Source: Chlorokybus atmophyticus (lineage: Eukaryota > Plantae > Mesostigma and Chlorokybus algae). From it: 64,000 bases of DNA. Below, piece after piece: positions 1 through 12,963 of this stretch; the first letter of the stretch is position 1, and each line of letters begins with the position of its first letter. The stretch spans positions 94,451 to 158,450 of the forward strand of contig RHPI01003642.1 in the NCBI GenBank assembly GCA_009103225.1. The letters run 5' to 3'. Under the pieces are notes generated by a model, which worked only from the letters and a program-made list of their open reading frames with translations, was not told where the DNA came from and searched no databases. A program made the position numbers and the translations under genes.

Positions 1-333
1 CGACAGCCGTTTCCCTTGGCATTTAATCACTGCCCCCCCCCAATTAACCTCCCCTTCCATTCCCCTCCTGCCATGAATGACTCATTCATACAACTCGGAG
101 TTGTAAGTAAAGCATTGAGGGCAACTCAAGTATACTAACAATCGTGTATTTCATTGCAAGTATTGTTGCAAACAATAGTTGTAAGGCACAAGCCAACCCG
201 GAACAACTCTGCAAACGTTCATGCGGGATATTTAAACCCATGAACTCATTTCATCATTCACTCATGTATATTGTTGTCATATCAGTGCAATATGATTTTT
301 TATGTAGTTTTTGGTTGCATATTGCGTGGAGCG

Positions 334-442
334 CATTTGCCACCATATTTGCGCGTGCACATTGATGATACATATATGGTCAACCCAACAACCCTTTCGC
401 TACCATTTGCTACCATTGCTACCATGTTTGCGCGTGCACATA
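334..442. repeat. Short degenerate direct/tandem repeats (tttgc[c/t]accat; tttgcgcgtgcaca x2)
   Basis: catttgccaccatatttgcgcgtgcaca near 334 recurs as catttgctaccattgctaccatgtttgcgcgtgcaca near 404. Confidence 0.6.
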
Positions 443-572
443 ATTGTAACATAAGACTTGCAAGTTTCATGCGTAATTTGCTAACTTATAGATATTAATT
501 CAATGAAATTGCAGTGCGATAAAATATCATGTGAAAAGGCCGGCTTTACTCTGTTACACAATGTACAAGGCC

Positions 573-681
573 NNNNNNNNNNNNNNNNNNNNNNNNNNNN
601 NNNNNNNNNNNNNNNNNNNNNNNNNNNNNNNNNNNNNNNNNNNNNNNNNNNNNNNNNNNNNNNNNNNNNNNNNNNNNNNNN
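573..681. other. Assembly gap (N run) followed by a poly-C tract (682-703)
   Basis: Ns seen directly in the sequence. Confidence 1.
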
Positions 682-1984
682 CCCCCCCCCCCCCCCCCCC
701 CCCGCGCATAGAGGATTGAGTCGCAACGGAGTCAATAAAGTTGATTTAACTCAATTTAGCATGGGCTGCCGATTGCAGGCATTTTAACTGCATGCTGGCA
801 ATTGCGGTGCATTGAGCCATCATAGTGGATGGTTAATATGCATCACGATACAATAACACCTTGAACTTGATGGGTTGAACCTCCTACCCATTGTAAAGAT
901 TTTATTGTTTCCACAAAGGGAAAATTCCTGCTATAACCACCTTTTGCTTTGGTCATACCATTTAAGAGAAGCCCTTACGAATCCAAGTTGGATGTTGTGG
1001 GCAGCGGCGGCGCTTATCATGACGATAGCAATGTCTGCACTGGCGCTAGAAGTAGTTGAATATTGGCTACTCATGAGCTCCTTTCGTTCCATGTCTAAAC
1101 CTCCGCGTGCTGAGCATAATGGCGACATTCGCGCTTAACGCATCTTTCATTGCTGCAGCAACTTGTATGGTTGTTCCGGTGTCGAACCTGATAAGCTTGT
1201 ACCAAACGCATTGGTACATCGTCGTGTACATTTGCATTAGGTTTTTGTAAAGCCACTGCACATCATATGCAATAGCTACTTCAGATGTTTATATTATGAA
1301 TGCATGTGTACATTTCATCGAAACCAGCAAAATACGGTAAGAGACTCGCAGCCGTGGGTGGTTACATGCATTGCGTACAAAGCTAACAATCATACAATCA
1401 ATTACGTGAGCTGTTATTTGATATATAGATTATTACCCGACAGGCCTTACACCATGGCAATATGCGTTGTACTCTCAGGCGGTAGCGAAAGTGGACATTC
1501 AAATGAGTAGGTAAGAAAACTGTGTTTTTTAATTGTGGATAGATTGTATCAATTTTGCTGTTCAAATGTCTTTCTTGCAAAGGTTCTCCTATTAGATCAG
1601 TGTGTGAGCAGTAATGAAATAAGAGATTCTGCGTCGCGCGATGTAAAGTCCAATAGCATCTGGCAAAAGTAATGAAGCTTATGATAAAGTATTGTAAAAG
1701 TCATCTGCATGGCCCTTGAACGGATTCAGAGTGTTTTTACCAACAACTCCAAATGAACATCAATAATAAAAAATTGAAATCACGTACAAGTTGTGGGCAT
1801 TATAATACATGAGGCATGCGGCTCCATCCATCATGTAAAGTTTGCTACCGTGAGTAGTGGTTAAGATGCTAGTGTTATACTGATACAGTTAGGTAGTACA
1901 TGTCAGCAGAGCAATATCAGTATCGGCATCAAGAGAAGTACGCAATATGCAATAGCAAGTGCGAGGCCGAAAACGACCCCCGCC

Positions 1985-2245
1985 CCCTCCATATAGATAT
2001 AACACATATAATATGTATGATATACGCATACATTACATATGTATACATACATATATGCATGCTTATTTGGGCATGTGTGTAGGCATAACGATATGAATAA
2101 GCATGTGTATATTGTACATGTACATGAAGTATGTGTATGGCATATCTGGGTATGCCATGATGGATGCTGTACTAGTATGTGTACATATATGTGCATAAGC
2201 AAATGATTACTAACATTATATGTGTTTGTCATGTATGCACGCATA
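1985..2245. repeat. Low-complexity AT/RY-rich degenerate microsatellite (tatgta/catata-like)
   Basis: Degenerate (TA/TG/CA)n composition. Confidence 0.6.
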
Positions 2246-3459
2246 ATGCCACTAGCTGTACTTTCTCTTATTGCACATGCGGTGTGTTGCCTTGCAATTG
2301 CATGTGGAAGGTGAGATTATAATGCTTACGCAACTGAAGTTTAGTGTCCATCGTCTACAGCAGGCTAGCGTGCAAGAAACATGATAACTTTCTGGCGCTT
2401 TGTGTCCCAGATCAAACTGCATTTGCTCACCCATCTTCTGCCAGCATAAGGTGTTAATGGCAAGCATACGAGAGACCTTGCTGGTTCGTGTTGGCAGTGT
2501 GCCGGTAAGCTTGCTAATGCGAAGTACGCTCGACCGTCTTGTTTTGTGTACTGTATCAGCCACCAGCAAGTGTATTATAGACAATACCTGCCAGGCTGAT
2601 ATGCAGCTGTCATGGATGTTGCTGCGGGCTGTGCTGTGCGCTAGTAGGGCTAGGTGACAGTGGCTTGGTTTGCAGCCTCACTTTTGTGGCATGTTCGCTG
2701 CAAGAAACGGCGTGCTCCAAAAGCACTCTCTTTTGGGTTCTGTATAGTCAAAGCTCCAAAGCCTGTTTTGTGCTGGAACCCAGTCAGCATGCTTGTTTAC
2801 TAGCGAGACTACTTGTAGTGTACACGGCACAGCAGCGGTCAAGCAGTCAGCACCACGCAGTGCAGAATGATACAACCAAGGCCGTAAAGCTTGATGCTGA
2901 CACTTGTGGTAGATATTCGCGTCTGATGCCTCAGATTGCTTTCAGGAACTTGTCTGACTACAGGGGGTACAGTTCGTGGTTGTTTGGATTGACCTTAACT
3001 GCACCGGCTCTGGCTCATGCGTAGTGCCACAATGATAGTTGCAATGGTGGCTTGCGTGCACACACAGTAAAAAACACTCACAGTCAGGTACAAGGGCGAA
3101 CGCAATGCACTTTAACAATGAGCTGCATGCAGTCTAACAGTCTAATAAAGGCTACTAATATAACCCAATCTAACAATGCCACGGCAATCTGCAGTAGCAA
3201 TGTAATAATACAAGGACCGCGGCTGCCGTGTGTGCTACAAAACCTCGTAACATAACACCACGACACTGTTACCCTCAAGAAATATCTACAGGACAGGGTA
3301 AAGTCCGCAAACAAGCTTGCGCGCAAGTCTTCAGCGATGGCTGAAGTCCTTATGACAAGGAATGGCTTGTTGAAAGCTGATTGGCGGCTGCGTTGATGCT
3401 GCCTTTAGGCACCTGCCAGCAGACACATAATTTAAGCAACTACAAAGCCATACTGACAC

Positions 3460-4885
3460 TCAACAACAAACTACGTAGGTGGGATGACCGCACGTACTGT
3501 TGCCACGCTTCCATAGCATCTTTGGCCTTGGCGCATCGTTCTTCGCAAAGTACAGCCCGCAAGCATTACACAGCGGTCCTCCGCCGTGCTTGTCTTTGCG
3601 CCAAAATGGTGTTGCAGACGTGGCGCAGTTCGAACACACCTTGGCATCAGACCCAGTGCCCTTACTTCGTAACCGCTTACTTGAATCACCTGCAGGCCGG
3701 CCATCCCCCCTCATCCTTTTGCGCCCATCGAACAAGCTGTCCGCACTCTCGTTGCACAGCAGAGCCTGCAAGCCATGCCAGTTAGCCACCAGTGAACAGC
3801 ATGAAGTGCACTCGAGTGTCTGTCTATGCAAGATAGCACACAACAGCACACCTCTGCTTCTGTCCCACTAGAACTGGGGGGACTGATGGCGGTTTGCAGC
3901 TGAGCGGGCGCTGAGTATGGTGGAATGGGTGCGAAATGAGGAGGTGGAGGCGGTGGTAACGAGAACGGATGAGCAGGCGGAGCAGCAGCAGCGGCGGGGT
4001 GGCCGTACGGTGGCGGCACAGGCCCTCCTTGCTGGTAGGCTGCTGCTGCCATGTTGCAGTACCACCACCACCACATCTGCTGCGCTTGCATTGCAGCAGC
4101 TGCGGCAGCTGCCGGCGAGGCTGCAAGCATTGGCGGCCCGTACATCGGCGGCATCACTGGCGACGGCATTGGACTTTGTGAAACGACAATAGCAAGCTCC
4201 TGTCAAGTAAAGACTCCAGTCAATCAAGGTGCCAGACTTGTGCCCAACACTGCTTCGACAACCAGCATACAAATCAAACTTCCCCCTCCCCCCGCCTCCC
4301 CCCAAGTACCCACTGAACCTGGCTACATGTGCAACTGCCAGTAGCACCTAAAGTCCTCAATACTTGTCGGTCGACTTATGAAACACAAGCGAACCATACT
4401 AGCAAGCACGACACTGTCTGCCACCTCCCACTTCAGTTTCCGACGGAAATCGTTCCCTAGCAAACCCAACAAGAACTGAAACACCTGTTTTCTCACTGAG
4501 ACCACACTACAAGTAGCAACAATTGGTCACATTAGCTGCTGACCTCACGAGCTTCGCCTTGCGCATCTCCCCTCGCCACGTCAGCGGCTCCAGAAAGGCC
4601 CACCGCTTCAGTTCCAGGCGATGCGCAAGCAGAAGTTGCGGCAGTAGTTGCAGGCTCCACCGCAGCTGCCTCGGGCTGTACTGCGTCTGCGGGCCTGGCG
4701 TCGTCGCTGCTGCTGGCTGCTGCTGCCGGCATAAGCAGAGCCTCAGCAAGCACGGTGGCGCTGTGCGCCTCCTCCCCGGCCTGGCGGGTGTCCGGGACCG
4801 CCGCGCCGCCCGCGTCGCCGACCCGACCAACGGCGGCGGAGCCAGGAGCGCAGGCTCTGATTGGCACTGGCACAGCCAGCGCCAT
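3460..4885 (-). CDS. GATA-type zinc-finger transcription factor (multi-exon, C-terminal finger)
   Basis: CSNCATSATPFWRKDKHGGGPLCNACGLY matches C-X2-C-X18-C-X2-C. Upstream exons are Ala/Pro/Gln-rich. Start (MALAVPVP at 4885) and end are approximate. Confidence 0.85.
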
Positions 4886-6264
4886 GCCTGCCGGCGACTC
4901 CAATGTAAATGGGAGGTACACTCCTAGCCAATTCCCCACCAGTAGAAGGAGGCGGAGGACGAGGACAAGTAAGGCGACAGCGCCGCCTCCCGCGGCTCGC
5001 CGGTCCAAGAACCCAACCACACCCTGCGGCTGACCAGACCGAGCAACACTGACTGATAGACAAAGCCGAGCCTGAACTACAGCACAGGCTGCTTCTGCTG
5101 CTACGAAATCATCCTGGCCTGGTATGCACCCAGCACTACTCACCAGGCGCTAATGCGAGCTACGCTGACACCAACACCGCCGCCGCTGCCGGCTACTACC
5201 AACAACCCAGCGCTAGCTGCTATCCAGCAGCGGATGGAGGTGATCTAAGCTGTCCCTGCTGCTCTCTCCTCGCTCTAACAATCTGCCGCCGTTACTCCTC
5301 CGCCGCCTGCCTCCTCCTCCCGCCAACGCCTCTGCCCCGCCGCTGCCCCCTACTACCCCCCCCCCTAGCAGTAGTAGACTACACACGCCGCTCTCTCCTG
5401 ACCCGGACCCGGACCATCACACGCGCGCGGGCCGAAACACACTGCTCCAAACAGCAAACTGAACCGAACTCCCGCCGATTGACTGCCCCCCAGCCACTTC
5501 CGCGGCCTTGGTCCTGCCGGTCTGATCTTTGCATGGAGCGGGTGGACGGTGCTGGAAAGGAGTGGACATGGCCGAAACGTGCAGGTGGATGGGACAGAGT
5601 GGCCGGGCCGCGGTCGACGGAGCTGACGGGATGACGGAGCATAACGGACTTTCTTGTCCGGGCCGCGGCGCGGGCACACACAGCGGCGTTTGTCGGCGTC
5701 AGCAGCAGGCGAGGCGAAAGGCGCGCGTGGCGGGTATCGCACGCGGCAAGGCGAGAGGCGGCGAGTATCTTGCGGAACGGGCGCTGACTGGAGGAGCTTC
5801 CTGTATACCGCGGCGAGTTGGTATCACGCGGCGTTGATGACGCCGCCGGTCAGCTTTTCCGTTTTGTAAGTTGCCACGGTGGATTCGACTCACTCGCACG
5901 GGTGGTCCCCAACTGCACTTTTAGATTCTGATCAATGTTGTGAGAGGCTGAGATTTGAAACTTTCCGTGTTGCGTCGTTGCCCCTCCGAATCACGACAGC
6001 CGTTCAATGAACGGTGGTCATGATGCGCCTAGGCTGGTACATACAGGGCCTATAGCATGCCGCCTGAGGTAATAAACCTGGCAACCGTACCACACTTTGT
6101 ATGACCATTCTACGGTGGAACTTTGTATCCAGGGCCACCATGTTGGATAGGCGCACAAATGGTCATGCTCCGTATACATGTACATATAGACCGGTGACGC
6201 GGCTGCATCAGATATCTTTGTCCGAATTCAATTAACAACAACAAACGACTTATATGTACGTAAA

Positions 6265-6694
6265 GTCTACCCCCGTTACAAGAATCACGTTTATCCTTCA
6301 GCTTTTCATTCCACTAACGGGTTATTCTTTTACCGTTCAAAGAATATATATCCTGTTAATGGGGGTATTGACTGGTAATCTTAAGCCACGTCATCATATG
6401 CTGACATGGCAAAACTAAAATTCATATTTTATGTATATATTGCACAATATCATACATGGCTTCTATTGTCAAAAGTGATGTTTATTCTAATATCAGCAAA
6501 ATATCTATGCTGTTAACAAAGTATTCCCCCATTATAAGATTGACCCCACTTTGAATTTCAAGCCTTCTCTTTAGTCTTATTACGCACAAGACTATTTCAG
6601 TAACCAAAGATATTTGCCTGTGAAACGATTGGTTCTTTGCAATACGATTATCTTAACGGGGTGATTTCCTTAAAGTCTTTTAACGGGGGTAGAC
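6265..6694. mobile_element. MITE-like non-autonomous DNA element with terminal inverted repeats
   Basis: gtctacccccgttacaaga (6265-6283) is the reverse complement of tcttttaacgggggtagac (6676-6694) with one mismatch. The interior is AT-rich and non-coding, with degenerate internal TIR copies. Possible TA TSD at 6268-6269 and 6690-6691. Confidence 0.65.
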
Positions 6695-6882
6695 GGTATC
6701 GATCCTGATCTACACAACACAATGTTAAAACTATTGACAATAAAAAGTGACATGTAACGAATATCGTAATCATGTCAATACAACCTTTGTCGTACAGAAA
6801 AAAGCCCCCTAATTCTTCAATACACTTATGAAGTGACTATTTACGATGTTACTGGATCGAGAATTAATGAGCGTGGAATTCG

Positions 6883-6955
6883 TGCGCAAGGCAGGACTTG
6901 AACCCGTGTCTCAAGCTTCGAGGACCAATGTCACAGCCCACTCGACCATAATGAC
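6883..6955 (-). pseudogene. tRNA-derived element (tRNA pseudogene or SINE head; most like tRNA-Gln)
   Basis: The minus strand reads GTCATTATGGTCGAGTGGGCTGTGACATTGGTCCTCGAAGCTTGAGACACGGGTTCAAGTCCTGCCTTGCGC. It has an A box (TGGTCGAGTGG), a B box (GGTTCAAGTCC), a D stem (GTC/GAC) and a T arm, but the acceptor stem does not pair. Confidence 0.6.
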
Positions 6956-7018
6956 TAGGTGCTTTTATGGTCCATTTGTGGTTATTGAATGTACCTTCCC
7001 GTTACAGTGTGGGTGTTT

Positions 7019-7041
7019 GGGGGGGGGGGGGGGGGGGGGGG
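7019..7041. repeat. Poly-G homopolymer (23 nt)
   Basis: Seen directly. Confidence 0.95.
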
Positions 7042-9186
7042 CTTGACACTTATACTAGTAATGATCAACAACTGTAATATTACTATGCATTTCAACAGTG
7101 ACGGTTAAAACGCAACGATGCAGTTAAATACAATTGTACCGGTTTTGCATCAAGTTTTTGTATAATGCCATTATACTTGCACACTCCAAGCATGCGCATG
7201 TAAAGCGCAATGCGCCAACATCGTCGTCATCATCGTTGTCGCGTTGGTTAGTTGTGTACTTGGCGGTACCAGCTCGCAAATGCACAACTTAGCAAGTCCG
7301 TTCTTTATACCCGCAATGATAGGCAAAGCTTGATAGCTATATATTCGACTTGCACACGAGCATAATTTGCAAGAACTACTTAAAGACTTTATGATAGATA
7401 ATGTAATTATCAAATAGTGATGTAGTTCCCTTGCCATTTACTCAACTACATGATAACCTCATTGAATCAACTCACTACAACTTGGCTTCATCAAGCGCAA
7501 TGTGTATCCCTTTTTATGATATGCACACGAACAGCGCANCAATTGCATACAACATGATTGCGATGAACCATAGTAACCCTACTTTTGTGACAAATGTTTA
7601 ATGTATAATTATCTGAGAAGTACATTACTTATACTACAATGTACCTGTTTTATATACTAATTAAGTAAATGCATATTACTATAGACAACGTTGTGTCAAG
7701 TTTAAGTCATATGTGTATGTGTGCTTGCATTTGTAGACATGCAATGTACGAGTGATCGCTTCTTGCGAAAATACACATTTTTTTAAAGAACCATTGAATT
7801 TACGGATGTACATATGCAACATTTTATGCGCCTATTAATGAAACATGCGGTTATTGCATAATCAGTAATAATTGCCTTTTACATGGTTATATAGCTTGCA
7901 TATGTTGCCTTGTCGTACGATGCGGATTTACTACAACATTGTCTACGATCAAATTCACATTGTATAAATTGTCAAATACATAACTTGCAAAAGAGCTGCT
8001 ATGAAGCATGCTCAAGCGGAATGGGGGCCAGATGTTATGCACATTAATGCACATGCGATACAAGACTTGACATGTACTGAATGACCGCAGCTGTTACGAA
8101 TTGGGATAAATTGTGACAAGCCTCACTCATGGTAGAGTTTTTGACTACCATAGCCTAGTGGTCGGGCCCCGATTGTTACAGCAGCATGCACTTTGTCACC
8201 ATGGCATGCATGCATTTTTTGTCTGGACAGTGCAGCGAGTATGAGTAGCATAGAGAAGATTTTGGATGACATCTGAGGTTGGTGATGAACCAATTGGACT
8301 TCTATCGAGTACATGCATGTGGACACTCCACATTTGAATTTATTATTTAGATCATATTTTTGCGTTATGGTTGATTGCAAATGAGTTTGCTTCTAAGTTT
8401 GCCATATGCTAAATAATAATAAGCTCATTGTTAAATGCAACATGCATTTAAGAATATTTAAGAAGAGTAATGAGATGCGACATATTGCGATTTCGCGCGT
8501 GGCGAGAGGCGATATTTTTTTGAGCGGTGCGCTTGCACATGCATGTGACAGAATGTTGCACGCACACTTGCTGGTGTTTGCTTTCAGAATCAACTGGATG
8601 CTGAGAAGTGTGGCCATCTTAATGGCAATCGAGACTCTTAGCTGCGTCAGCCTCAACTTGAGCGTCATCCTCGGCCTCAGCCGCTATCACTCGGCCTCTG
8701 CACCATTTCACCTCATTACAAGCTCTGCGTCTCAACATCATATTGACTGTGAGGCTTTGTCATGCTGCCAGTGCATGCGCTCGCACATTCATCACTTGCA
8801 TTTTCTGTACACTTGCACCAGCTCAACCGCAAGCCATTACATTTATCCCTTGTTGAATATGCAACACGCCTAGGTGTTCAAGTGGAGTGTGAATGCGGCG
8901 CATTTACTCAGCCGTATGAGTTTGTGTCGTACATAAGATTGTGCATATATCAGCATTGCTGTGCAAATGGTGCAACTTTGCCTGCCTACTCTGCCTGCTC
9001 CTGGTCTGGGCCCAGAATCGTTGATTGCTGCTCTGTTTGTTGTGACTGTGGCTGCATGTGTGTGTCAGTCTAGCACTCGTGAGCTAGATATATGACATGT
9101 ACCTTCTTGTGTGTCCCGTATTACTGTACAGCTGTAGAGCGCCTGCATGGATTGCTAGCAGGGTGCAACTACAGACCACACGGCTA

Positions 9187-11082
9187 TCACTTGGCCTTAT
9201 CCCACCCGTTGGTTGTTGACGCATTGGTACCGCCCTCATAACGAGCGTCATCGTCCAGATGCGCAAGCACGGACCTCATTCTTCCAATGGCGTCAGTGAT
9301 GTTGGATCGCGAGCTAAAGTGCACGTCCAGAATCCACGGCACAAGGTCCAGCATCATCTGTGGTGCAGGAGCATGTTAACACCGAATGAAGGCCTTGTTG
9401 ACGGTGAGGATACGCACCTGCGGGTATCTCTTCTGTACAGCTGGCGGCCACTTCACCCTGCCGCCAATAGCAGCCAACGCCAGGCTTCCTCCGGCTTCCC
9501 CGAGCGAGTACTCGAATGGCGACATGCCCCCGCACCTTCAATGCAATTGCAGCAAACAGCACACGTCAACAATGCTGACCAAGCAAGAGCACATGCGCAC
9601 CCACGGACGTGCGTGCTCACATGCATACACGTTCAACTTACATTGTGGCGTATAGCGTGCATCCCAGAGCCCACACGTCCGTCCTCTCATCAACGAGGCA
9701 GTCGGAGGGACAATCCCACAACTCCGGCGCACGGTAAGGTGCGGACGCATTGGACTCTGCCCACTCCTGCATTTCGCAGAAACACACAGAGCGATGAGTC
9801 ATTCGCCAAATCTTAGCCAGTGTTGTCACTGTTGTCATAGCAACTCACCACCCACCTGCAATGCGAGGGCTTCCATCCTGGACTTGATGCGGCGTCTAGC
9901 GGGCCCCGCAGATCCAAAATCCATCAGCACGGCGATAGGCCTTTGGCTGGGGTTGGAATTGCTCACAGATGCTTTACCCCTGTCAGCACTGTCGACGTCA
10001 TCCGCGAGCAGCACATTGTGCGGCTTCACATCGTTGTGCGCATACGGCTCGTTCGGGTCATTGTGCATTGCGGACAGACCCTCCGCCACCTAAACATATG
10101 AGTACAGGACCTGTCTATACTTTGGACAGCATCTAACAACACTGAAGAGAACAAGCATGCTTGCCTCCAGTATGATCTGCATGGCGATGGGTGGGGGCAG
10201 CCACTTGCCATCTTTCTGGAGCGCCAGCAGAGTGTCCTGCAGCGTGCCTTTTCTGTAAACTGGAAACAACAGGCATGCCACGTACGCGCTCGATGCTACA
10301 GCCTGACAGCACAACCACAGATCAGGAACAACAACAGTGATAACGCAACCCTGTATGAGGACTACCGCCAAATGTGCATGTGTACACTGGCAGCGAAGGA
10401 CACGAGCAAGAGCATGCTTGCATAAGGTGGAATCGTGTACCGGTGCTGGTGCGATGTCTGCATCGATGAGGTCGAGTAGGTTAGGGTGGTTGAACCTGCG
10501 CATGACATCGCGCTCACGGCGTACAGCCGCCAGCTGCTCGTCCGTCTGAATGAGAACTCTCTTGAGAGCGTACTCTCTAGCTGCCCCAAAGCGTGTGTAT
10601 CAGTTCTCTGTGAAGAACCTTGCAACAGTGCTCGCCTCTGTCCAGAAGAACTCACTGTATGCTTCATCGGGCGCGTCGCGCAAGACTTCTCTCACCAAGT
10701 ACACAAATGAAAAGCCGCCCTCTCCAAGCAGTCTTTTCACCTGCACCAGTAGCACCAGTGTCATCATGCTGATCAATAACAAAGCCGAGCGACTTTTATG
10801 CAAAAACCTGTGCATGTCAATCAGAATATGGACTGTGTGGTGCATTTTTAACTGTAATTTCAACCGAACGGACTCTACTGCTGTATGAACACCCGCAATG
10901 CATGGCGGAATGGCTTCAACGATTGGACTTCATGTGTGGTCTGAGATTAGCAATGTCAGTGAATGTGAACTGTGTCCCCCTGCCTTGAATCTGCGCTGTC
11001 CAATGTGGATGTCACTGCTGACGCCCGCAATCTGGCCACCACCGCCCACGACGCCCCTGAGCGCAGAGATCGCGCAGCCCAT
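9187..11082 (-). CDS. STK16: STK16/MPSK1-like Ser/Thr protein kinase (NAK family)
   Basis: N-terminus MGCAIS (myristoylation/palmitoylation-like). Kinase motifs LGEGGFSFVYLV, FNHPNLL, YAHNDVKPHNVLL, DFGS, APYRAPELWD, DERTDVWALGCTLY and SPFEYSLGEAGGSLALA lie in GT-AG exons. Confidence 0.9.
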
Positions 11083-11906
11083 GCTCTCCGCCAGCCGGGC
11101 GAAGATGAGGTCCGTGCCGCAGAGCAGCAGCGACATCTGCCTTGAGCTGGAACTAGGCTGATGTTATCACATCTGCTGCCTGCGAGGAGCATCTCGCCGC
11201 CCGCCGCCACCGCCACTGCCGCCGTGGCCGTCGTTGTCGCCTCACCCGTCGACAGGCGTTGCGCTGCCCGCGATGTAGTGAATCACGCATATAGCGATGG
11301 TCGTGCACAAGTGGTTTAAAACACTGTACACACCAGTAGGGAGACAACTCTACATGCAGCTGGCAGTGCATGACCCTCACTCAGCGTGCGTAAGCTTTGC
11401 ACCCGTCACAACGTCCCAACATTACAGCTATGGATGATGATGAAAGTTGTGAATTGCACTAGCCGTGTTGGCAATTGCAACGACAAAACTTACACATTTG
11501 TGCATATTGATATAATGAACGCATGAAAGAAATTGTACAAAACGTTATTTGACCAAGACGTGTCAAGTACTTGACAATTATGATAGCATACAAAAGGATT
11601 CGTACATGTGATTTGGTTATGAAACATACCTTATATAAAACTGCAGGAACTGTGCATGTGCATATGTTCACAATTGATACAATGACTACCGTAGTGCCAC
11701 GAAATCTTCGCAAAAAGAACAACTCCGCTCGCGCACTATATGAAATGGTAAAAAACTGAATTTCGGCGCCCTAGCTTATGCATTCATGTGACTAAGCACT
11801 GGACTGCATAAGTTGGCGCGGTTCCTACAAAAATGACATTAAATATTGTGGAGGCCTCTCTTACGGAGATTTGAGAGCACTATGGTAAAAATGTTACAGA
11901 GCCCCC

Positions 11907-12481
11907 NNNNNNNNNNNNNNNNNNNNNNNNNNNNNNNNNNNNNNNNNNNNNNNNNNNNNNNNNNNNNNNNNNNNNNNNNNNNNNNNNNNNNNNNNNNNNN
12001 NNNNNNNNNNNNNNNNNNNNNNNNNNNNNNNNNNNNNNNNNNNNNNNNNNNNNNNNNNNNNNNNNNNNNNNNNNNNNNNNNNNNNNNNNNNNNNNNNNNN
12101 NNNNNNNNNNNNNNNNNNNNNNNNNNNNNNNNNNNNNNNNNNNNNNNNNNNNNNNNNNNNNNNNNNNNNNNNNNNNNNNNNNNNNNNNNNNNNNNNNNNN
12201 NNNNNNNNNNNNNNNNNNNNNNNNNNNNNNNNNNNNNNNNNNNNNNNNNNNNNNNNNNNNNNNNNNNNNNNNNNNNNNNNNNNNNNNNNNNNNNNNNNNN
12301 NNNNNNNNNNNNNNNNNNNNNNNNNNNNNNNNNNNNNNNNNNNNNNNNNNNNNNNNNNNNNNNNNNNNNNNNNNNNNNNNNNNNNNNNNNNNNNNNNNNN
12401 NNNNNNNNNNNNNNNNNNNNNNNNNNNNNNNNNNNNNNNNNNNNNNNNNNNNNNNNNNNNNNNNNNNNNNNNNNNNNNNNN
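11907..12481. other. Assembly gap (N run)
   Basis: Ns seen directly. Confidence 1.
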
Positions 12482-12963
12482 AGGTACTACTGCGCCCCCG
12501 CGCTTGCCCTTAAGCAAACGTTATATTCATATTACTTTGAGGTATGATAATGTATGCTACTGTATAATCGTGCTTCATAGTTGATGTTACACTATTGGTT
12601 GACTGAAGAGTTTTATGCTCAGCGTGAGAACTTCATCACCCCTAAGTGGTAATGTTTATTTTCATGTCATAGTAGCACAACATGGTCATGTAATGAAGTT
12701 GCGGATGCCAAAACGCATGGCTGCACGACAAAGCGGTCTAGGCAGATATGCGCATGTCCGAACATGGACACTTATTACGTGTTGTACAGTGTACAGCTGG
12801 CATTGCACACAAGAAGTTGGTGGACAGAGACTGCATGTTCACGCAGCTTTGGACGTGCGAATTACTCTTTGCATCTTGTACACGTAGTTTATCCAGCATG
12901 CTGTACCAAAACCCATAATAGAACCACTATCAACTGCTTCCAATGCCCTACCAACTGTGTCTC

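Noticed and set aside
865-1310. Possible degenerate TE or gene remnant with short ORFs on both strands
   Set aside because: No recognisable motif in any frame I translated.
5365-5900. GC-rich ORFs upstream of the GATA gene (possible conserved uORF)
   Set aside because: The longest ORF has a non-ATG start and no recognisable peptide; best explained as a GC-rich promoter/5' UTR.
7040-8900. AT-rich region with ORFs of 85-155 aa (possible transposase/RT relic)
   Set aside because: No RT, integrase, transposase or helicase motifs are visible.
11846-12547. Long ORFs (233 aa, 207 aa) in the ORF track, and similar ones at 481-787 and 63078-63370
   Set aside because: Artefacts of translating through N gaps.
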